DNA of 22,643 nt from NCBI GenBank assembly GCA_036676985.1, contig JAKFBU010000011.1:1-22643 (forward strand), read 5' to 3'. Under the pieces are notes generated by a model. It searched no databases and was not told the DNA's origin. It was given only the letters and a program-made list of their open reading frames with translations. The position numbers and the translations under genes were made by a program. The stretch is from Candidatus Sericytochromatia bacterium. GTDB lineage: Bacteria > Cyanobacteriota > Sericytochromatia > S15B-MN24 > UBA4093. Shown here piece by piece: positions 18,339 through 22,643 of this stretch. Within the stretch, counting starts at the first letter, position 1. Each line of letters begins with the position of its first letter.

Positions 18339-19535
18339 ATGCCGACCACCTCTAGCTTGACCTTCCTGTGCGTCATGGCGGCCACCAAGGGCCTCTACGG
18401 CGAACGTTTCCTCAAGCAACTCAAGGACATGGGCGCTCGGGTGCTCGTGCTCACCAACGCCAAGGCCCTGCACTACGATTGGCCGCGCCATCTCATCGAC
18501 GGCCTGTACGCGGTCGAGGACATCTTCAACCCCACGCTCGTGCGCAATGCCGCGAGCTACCTCGCCCGCACCGAGCAGATCGACAGCATCGTCGGGCTGG
18601 GCGAGTACGACATCGAGCTGGCCGCCGCTCTCCGTGAGCACATGCGCCTGCCCGGGTTGAGCCTGAGCACCTCCTACCTCTTCCGAGACAAGCTCGCCAT
18701 GCGCCAGCGGGCCCGGGAGCTCGGCCTCCCCGTCCCCGAGTTCGTCGCCATCTTCAACCACGACGCCGTCAACGCCTTCATGGCGCGCGTGCCGGGCCCC
18801 TGGGTCATCAAGCCTCGCACCGAGGCCTCGTCCAACGGCATCCGCAAAGTCGATCATCCGCAGGCCGCCTGGGACGTGCTCAACCCCCTGGGCGACGAGC
18901 AGTCCCTACACCTGATGGAGCAGTACCTCCCGGGCACCGTGTTCCACGTGGACTCGATCGTCCATGACGGCACGGTCCGCTTCGCGGCCGTTCACCAGTA
19001 CGGCACGCCCATCCTAGACCTGCACACGCGGGGCGGCATCTACACCACCCGCTCGATCCGCCGCGGCTCGCCCGATGAAAAAGCCTTGCAGACCCTCAAC
19101 CGCCAGATCATCGAGGGCTTCGGCCTGCGGGAAGGCGTGACCCACATCGAGTACATCAAGAGCCAGGACGACGGCCGCATGTACTTCCTGGAAGCCAGCG
19201 CCCGCGTCGGTGCCGGGATGATCGAGGAGCTGGTCGAGGCCACGAGCGGCCTCAACCTGTGGGCGGAGTGGGCGAAGCTCGAGGTCGCCCAGCATCGTCC
19301 TCCCTACGAGCTGCCGACCCCCGAGAAGCAGTACGGCGGCCTCGCCATCTGCATGATCCCCTGGGAGTACGTGGACCTGACCAGGCTCGGCTCGCAGCCC
19401 GGCGTGCAGTACGTGCAACCCAAGCCCTATCACCTAGCAGCGCTCGTGACCTCCGACGAAGCAGACGAGGTCGAGGCCAAGGTCCTCGATCAGGCCCGCT
19501 TCATCGAGCAGAACGTCCAGATCGCCCACGCCTGA
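18339..19535 (+). CDS. ATP-grasp domain ligase of unknown substrate
   Basis: FRDKLAMR...GLPVP, WVIKPRTEASSNGI, LMEQYLPG.VFHVDS, GVTHIEYI and YFLEASARVG motifs; ATG 18339 after GGGAG. Confidence 0.88.
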   Translation: MPTTSSLTFLCVMAATKGLYGERFLKQLKDMGARVLVLTNAKALHYDWPRHLIDGLYAVEDIFNPTLVRNAASYLARTEQIDSIVGLGEYDIELAAALREHMRLPGLSLSTSYLFRDKLAMRQRARELGLPVPEFVAIFNHDAVNAFMARVPGPWVIKPRTEASSNGIRKVDHPQAAWDVLNPLGDEQSLHLMEQYLPGTVFHVDSIVHDGTVRFAAVHQYGTPILDLHTRGGIYTTRSIRRGSPDEKALQTLNRQIIEGFGLREGVTHIEYIKSQDDGRMYFLEASARVGAGMIEELVEATSGLNLWAEWAKLEVAQHRPPYELPTPEKQYGGLAICMIPWEYVDLTRLGSQPGVQYVQPKPYHLAALVTSDEADEVEAKVLDQARFIEQNVQIAHA

Positions 19536-19548
19536 TCACCCTAACGAC

Positions 19549-19581
19549 AAGGCCCTTGCTTCCTGGGAAGCAAGGGCCTTT
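19549..19581 (+). terminator. Rho-independent terminator after the ATP-grasp gene
   Basis: 15-bp inverted repeat AAGGCCCTTGCTTCC-TG-GGAAGCAAGGGCCTT with only a short T tail. Confidence 0.7.
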
Positions 19582-19594
19582 GAGTTGAACGGGT

Positions 19595-19643
19595 TGTTGT
19601 CGAAAAGATTGAATGGCCGCAATTTGTGAAGATTATTTGGCCG
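19595..19643. repeat. Putative transposon end with tandem transposase-binding repeats
   Basis: TGT at 19595; AAGATTGAATGGCCG (19605-19619) and AAGATTATTTGGCCG (19629-19643), 12/15 identical, 24-bp period. Confidence 0.7.
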
Positions 19644-19713
19644 ACGGTCAGGTGGACGAGAGACGGGGGTGGGACCGCGCTCGCAGGCGCGGCCCCACCC
19701 CTCGATCTTGCTG

Positions 19714-20520
19714 CTATTCCTGGATGAGGTCCTTGATCGCGGCCTCCACCAGGGGGGCGTCAATCGGGTTCACCTCCTTGTGGCCGCCCTTCAGCAACGC
19801 CGCGGTCGCGATCTTGTTGATCCGCCGGGGCAGGCCCTTTGAGTGCTGGAAGATGGCGGTCACGGCCTCTTTGGTGAACAGGTCTGGGTTTGCCCCGACC
19901 GCCCGCAGGTGGGCATGGACGTAGGCGCGGGTCTCGGGCAGGCTCAGCCCGGCGAGGTGGTATCGCAGGAAGATCCGGTCCTCCAGGGCGACGTTGCTCG
20001 GTCCCTTCAGCTTTTGCCTCATCTGGATCTGGCCCGCCAAGATCAAGGCCAGGGGCGATTCGGAATCGCACGTGAAGTTGGTCAACAGGCGCAGCTCACT
20101 CAGTCCGCGGCTGCCAAGCTCTTGGGCCTCGTCCACCACCAATACAGTCCGCTTGCCGTGCTCACGCCACAGCCCCTGTATGCGGACATGCACGTCGTCG
20201 CGCATATCCGCCTTCAGGTGCTTGGCCCGGATCCCGAAGCCCCAGGCCATCTGTCGGAAGACGCTGCGGGTCTCGTCGGCGTTCCCCACGTAGCAGACAT
20301 GGTAGCTCCGCTCGTCGAGCCCTTCGAGAAAGGCGCGAATCGCCGTCGATTTCCCAGCGCCCACCTCGCCCGTCACCAGGCCCGTGCTGCCCTCCTCGGC
20401 GATCCAGTTGAGGTAGCTGGTCAATTCCTCGAACTGCTCGTAGCGGTGCAGGGCCGCCGTCGGGATCCCCTTCTGGAACGGGGAACCCGTCATGCCGTAG
20501 AACTTCTTGTAGCCTCTCAC
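19714..20520 (-). CDS. ExeA-like AAA+ ATPase (transposition helper, TnsC/MuB/IstB-like role)
   Basis: Y..FYGM...PF N-terminus, VTGEVGAGKST, VLVVDEAQ, LILAGQ and SKGLPRRIN motifs; GTG start overlaps the transposase TGA (GTGA). Confidence 0.92.
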   Translation of the reverse strand: MRGYKKFYGMTGSPFQKGIPTAALHRYEQFEELTSYLNWIAEEGSTGLVTGEVGAGKSTAIRAFLEGLDERSYHVCYVGNADETRSVFRQMAWGFGIRAKHLKADMRDDVHVRIQGLWREHGKRTVLVVDEAQELGSRGLSELRLLTNFTCDSESPLALILAGQIQMRQKLKGPSNVALEDRIFLRYHLAGLSLPETRAYVHAHLRAVGANPDLFTKEAVTAIFQHSKGLPRRINKIATAALLKGGHKEVNPIDAPLVEAAIKDLIQE

Positions 20521-22103
20521 TGGATACCTCCCATGCGGATCTGGGCCAGCTCGCCCAGGTAGTACGACAGATGGCGCTCGGCCCCCTTGCGCTCCACCAG
20601 GGCGCGCAGGGTGTCGGTCACGACCGGGGCCGACAGCGGGGCGTAACGCCTGAAGAAGGTGGCGAGTTCCCCGCGCTCATGAGCGGCGAACTCCCTGCCC
20701 AGAGCCTGGGCGACCAGGGCGATCCAGGCAGGCTCCGTGAGCCGCCCCAAGGGCTCACGAGGACCAGTGACCCGGGTGAGCTCGGCTTCGACGGCCGTGC
20801 TCCGGGTGGCCACGGCGTGGTTGAGCAGCCGTTTCGAGCTGGCCAGCGGCAGGTATTTCTCGTCCTGACGCCGCGGGGTCGCCTTGCGGTGGGTCTGGGC
20901 CACGAGCTTGTACGGGGTGGCCACCTCGAGGAGTTCGCCCTCCAGGAAGACCTTGACCGTGGCCAGGTCCAGCGGGTCATACCTCACCGCGACGCGGCGG
21001 CCGATCAGCTTCTCCGAGACCTGGTACTCGTTGCCCGCCAAGGAGAGCGTGCCGGTCTTCTTGACCATGCGGGTCTCCTCCCAGAGGAAGAGGTCGTGCG
21101 TGTCGGCGGCGTGCGGATAGCGAATACTCTCCTTTCCTGTGTCCCAGCGCTCCAGCGGGGTCATGCGGGTACGAGAGTGGACCTTGCGGTTGTAGGTCTC
21201 GACCCAGGCCCAGAAGGCCCCGTTCAACTCGTCGAGGGTGGTGAAGCCGGCGTGGGCGGCCTCGCTCATGAAGGAATCGGCCGTGGTGCGCCAGAAGCGC
21301 TCGATCTTCCCCTTGCCCTCGGGGCTGTAAGCCGTGGAGAAAGTGACCTGAGCGCCGAGCCGGGCCGCGATCAGGCCCACCTGCTTCGACTTGTAGATGG
21401 GGCCGTTGTCCCAGTAGAACCGAGCGGGGATCCCGCGCTTGAGGACCGCCTTCTTCAGGCAGTCGATCAGGCATGGCAGGGACTCCTTGAAGTACCACTC
21501 CCCGTGGGCGATCAGCCGGCTGTGGTCGTCGAGGAAGCCCATGAGGTGGACCTCCTTGAACTTGCCGGGCTCGGTCGGGTCCGGCAGGAAGAAGCCGTCC
21601 TTGACGTCGGACTGCCAGATGACGTTGGGGCCGGGGGCCTCGTAGAGCGGGTGCGCGCGGGTCTGGGCCTTTAGGAGCGCTCGGGTGGCTCCACGGCGGC
21701 GCAGGTGATAGGCCAGGGTGGCCGCCTTGGGGGCGCCGTCGAGGTGAGCGATCAGCGCCTCGGTGCTTCGGGTGGCGAGCTCCTTGCGCAGGGCGATGGC
21801 GTCCTCGATGAGTTGGGGGTCGAAGACGCGAGGCTTTCCCCGATCCGAGCGTGTCGCGGGGTAGAGGGCGTTGAGCGCGGCGATGGTTCCGTTTGGCAGG
21901 GCCTTCTTGTAGGCCGCCACCCAGCGCCTGAGGGTGCGCTCGGTGATCCGGCGCGGGCGCTCGCCGGGGAACAAGTGCTCCGCAGCAAGGATGGCCTGCC
22001 GGATGGCGGCGGCCTGGGCGGGGCTCAAGGGGCGCGAAACCAAGGGGGCGATGACGGTGAAGCGGGCGAGTGCCGCCTCCTGGGCGCGTTGGGTGTCGTC
22101 CAT
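20517..22103 (-). CDS. DDE-type integrase/transposase with Mu-transposase C-terminal-like domain
   Basis: HTH ITERTLRRWV...RSDRGKPR; catalytic D (WQSDV), D (YWDNG), E (GKIERFW); YN...HS...TPLERW; RMVKKTGTLSLAGNEY...VRYDPLDL; ATG 22103 after GAGGAGG. Confidence 0.93.
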   Translation of the reverse strand: MDDTQRAQEAALARFTVIAPLVSRPLSPAQAAAIRQAILAAEHLFPGERPRRITERTLRRWVAAYKKALPNGTIAALNALYPATRSDRGKPRVFDPQLIEDAIALRKELATRSTEALIAHLDGAPKAATLAYHLRRRGATRALLKAQTRAHPLYEAPGPNVIWQSDVKDGFFLPDPTEPGKFKEVHLMGFLDDHSRLIAHGEWYFKESLPCLIDCLKKAVLKRGIPARFYWDNGPIYKSKQVGLIAARLGAQVTFSTAYSPEGKGKIERFWRTTADSFMSEAAHAGFTTLDELNGAFWAWVETYNRKVHSRTRMTPLERWDTGKESIRYPHAADTHDLFLWEETRMVKKTGTLSLAGNEYQVSEKLIGRRVAVRYDPLDLATVKVFLEGELLEVATPYKLVAQTHRKATPRRQDEKYLPLASSKRLLNHAVATRSTAVEAELTRVTGPREPLGRLTEPAWIALVAQALGREFAAHERGELATFFRRYAPLSAPVVTDTLRALVERKGAERHLSYYLGELAQIRMGGIQ

Positions 22104-22158
22104 GGGGTCGATTTCCTCCTCGTCGGGTAGGATAGCGACCCGCCAGTCCTGGTGCACG

Positions 22159-22520
22159 TCACGAATCGGGTGGACTCCCACGGCTCATGGGGCGGCATCC
22201 CCAGCGATGGAGCTGGAGGAGCCAGGACGATGTCGAGCCATGGGTCAGTTCCGGGGTCTCGAGCACGAGGGTACGCAGCAGGGCGGCGTCCCGGAGTTGC
22301 TGACGTTTGGCTCCGCTGCATGCCTTGGCCGTGAAGGGGGGCACTGGGGACGCGAGCAGGTGGATCAGCAGGGAGCCTGGTCGAAGGCGCAGCAGCCACG
22401 ACACGAGCCCCTGGGCCAGACGTCCCGCCCGCGCCGCCAGATGCTGGACCCAGGCATGGATCCGCTGGTAGCTGGGCTTGGTAGGGCAGGTGAGAAGGGC
22501 GTCCGTAGCGCTCACATGGT
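22159..22520 (-). pseudogene. 3' part of a transposon accessory gene (DUF6431-like), apparently interrupted or truncated at its 5' end
   Basis: Co-oriented directly upstream of the transposase; PSYQRIHAWVQHL resembles an HTH recognition helix; the frame upstream of about 22520 uses codons atypical for this window (TCT, CGA, TAT, TTT, TTA, CTT). Family name is inferred from gene context. Confidence 0.45.
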
Positions 22521-22643
22521 GGTATTGCCCGAAAAGTAAGCCTCGGCTGACCGTTGTTCCGAGGCGCGTAGGGGATGGAAAATAGCAGGGAGCCTTGATT
22601 CGAGAGGACCATGCCGTGCTGAAGCCCCAACCCGCCAATCCCG

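Larger units (their letters stand above)
19595..22643 (-). mobile_element. DDE transposase plus AAA+ ATPase transposon (Mu/Tn7/IS21-like architecture); only one end is in the window
   Basis: Coupled transposase and ATPase genes; 119 nt beyond the ATPase stop an AT-richer end begins TGTTGTCG and carries two AAGATT-nnn-TGGCCG repeats. Confidence 0.85.

Noticed and set aside
19595-19643. CRISPR mini-array or CAST interpretation of the end repeats
   Set aside because: Only two imperfect 15-bp repeats 9 bp apart and no cas genes; better explained as transposase-binding sites.
19714-20520. Type II secretion ExeA/GspA call
   Set aside because: No peptidoglycan-binding domain or secretion genes; translationally coupled to a DDE transposase.
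22500-22643. Group II intron boundary
   Set aside because: No GTGCG 5' end at the junction and no domain V/VI consensus on either strand.

Overview
High-GC bacterial window, mostly housekeeping genes with a mobile element at the right end. Positions 1-8667 on the minus strand form a tightly packed, probably co-transcribed run: OmpR-family response regulator, a divergent IlvC, a helical hypothetical protein, TrpG/PabA, MoxR, DUF58, a TgpA-like transglutaminase and a large lipoprotein that runs off the window. Next come a CxxC-less TlpA-like exported protein, an NrnA/DHH phosphoesterase, a degenerate nucleotidyltransferase-fold protein, a lone SLBB-repeat polysaccharide export protein with a small beta-rich exported protein, ettA, a sodium:solute symporter with a small membrane partner, and an ATP-grasp ligase. 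From 19595 to the window end lies a MuA/TnsB-like DDE transposase plus ExeA/TnsC-like ATPase element with a TGT-initiated end carrying repeated motifs; its first gene may be interrupted by a second IS. The main second-look items are a 141-bp palindromic element inserted in frame in the DUF58 gene, active-site substitutions in IlvC, a cluster of HIP1 (GCGATCGC) octamers confined almost entirely to the left half, and the three-gene transposon. Some protein motifs and HIP1 suggest a Cyanobacteria-related lineage, but that is inference. I saw no rRNA, tRNA or CRISPR array, and I cannot demonstrate a wholly new multi-gene system from sequence alone.
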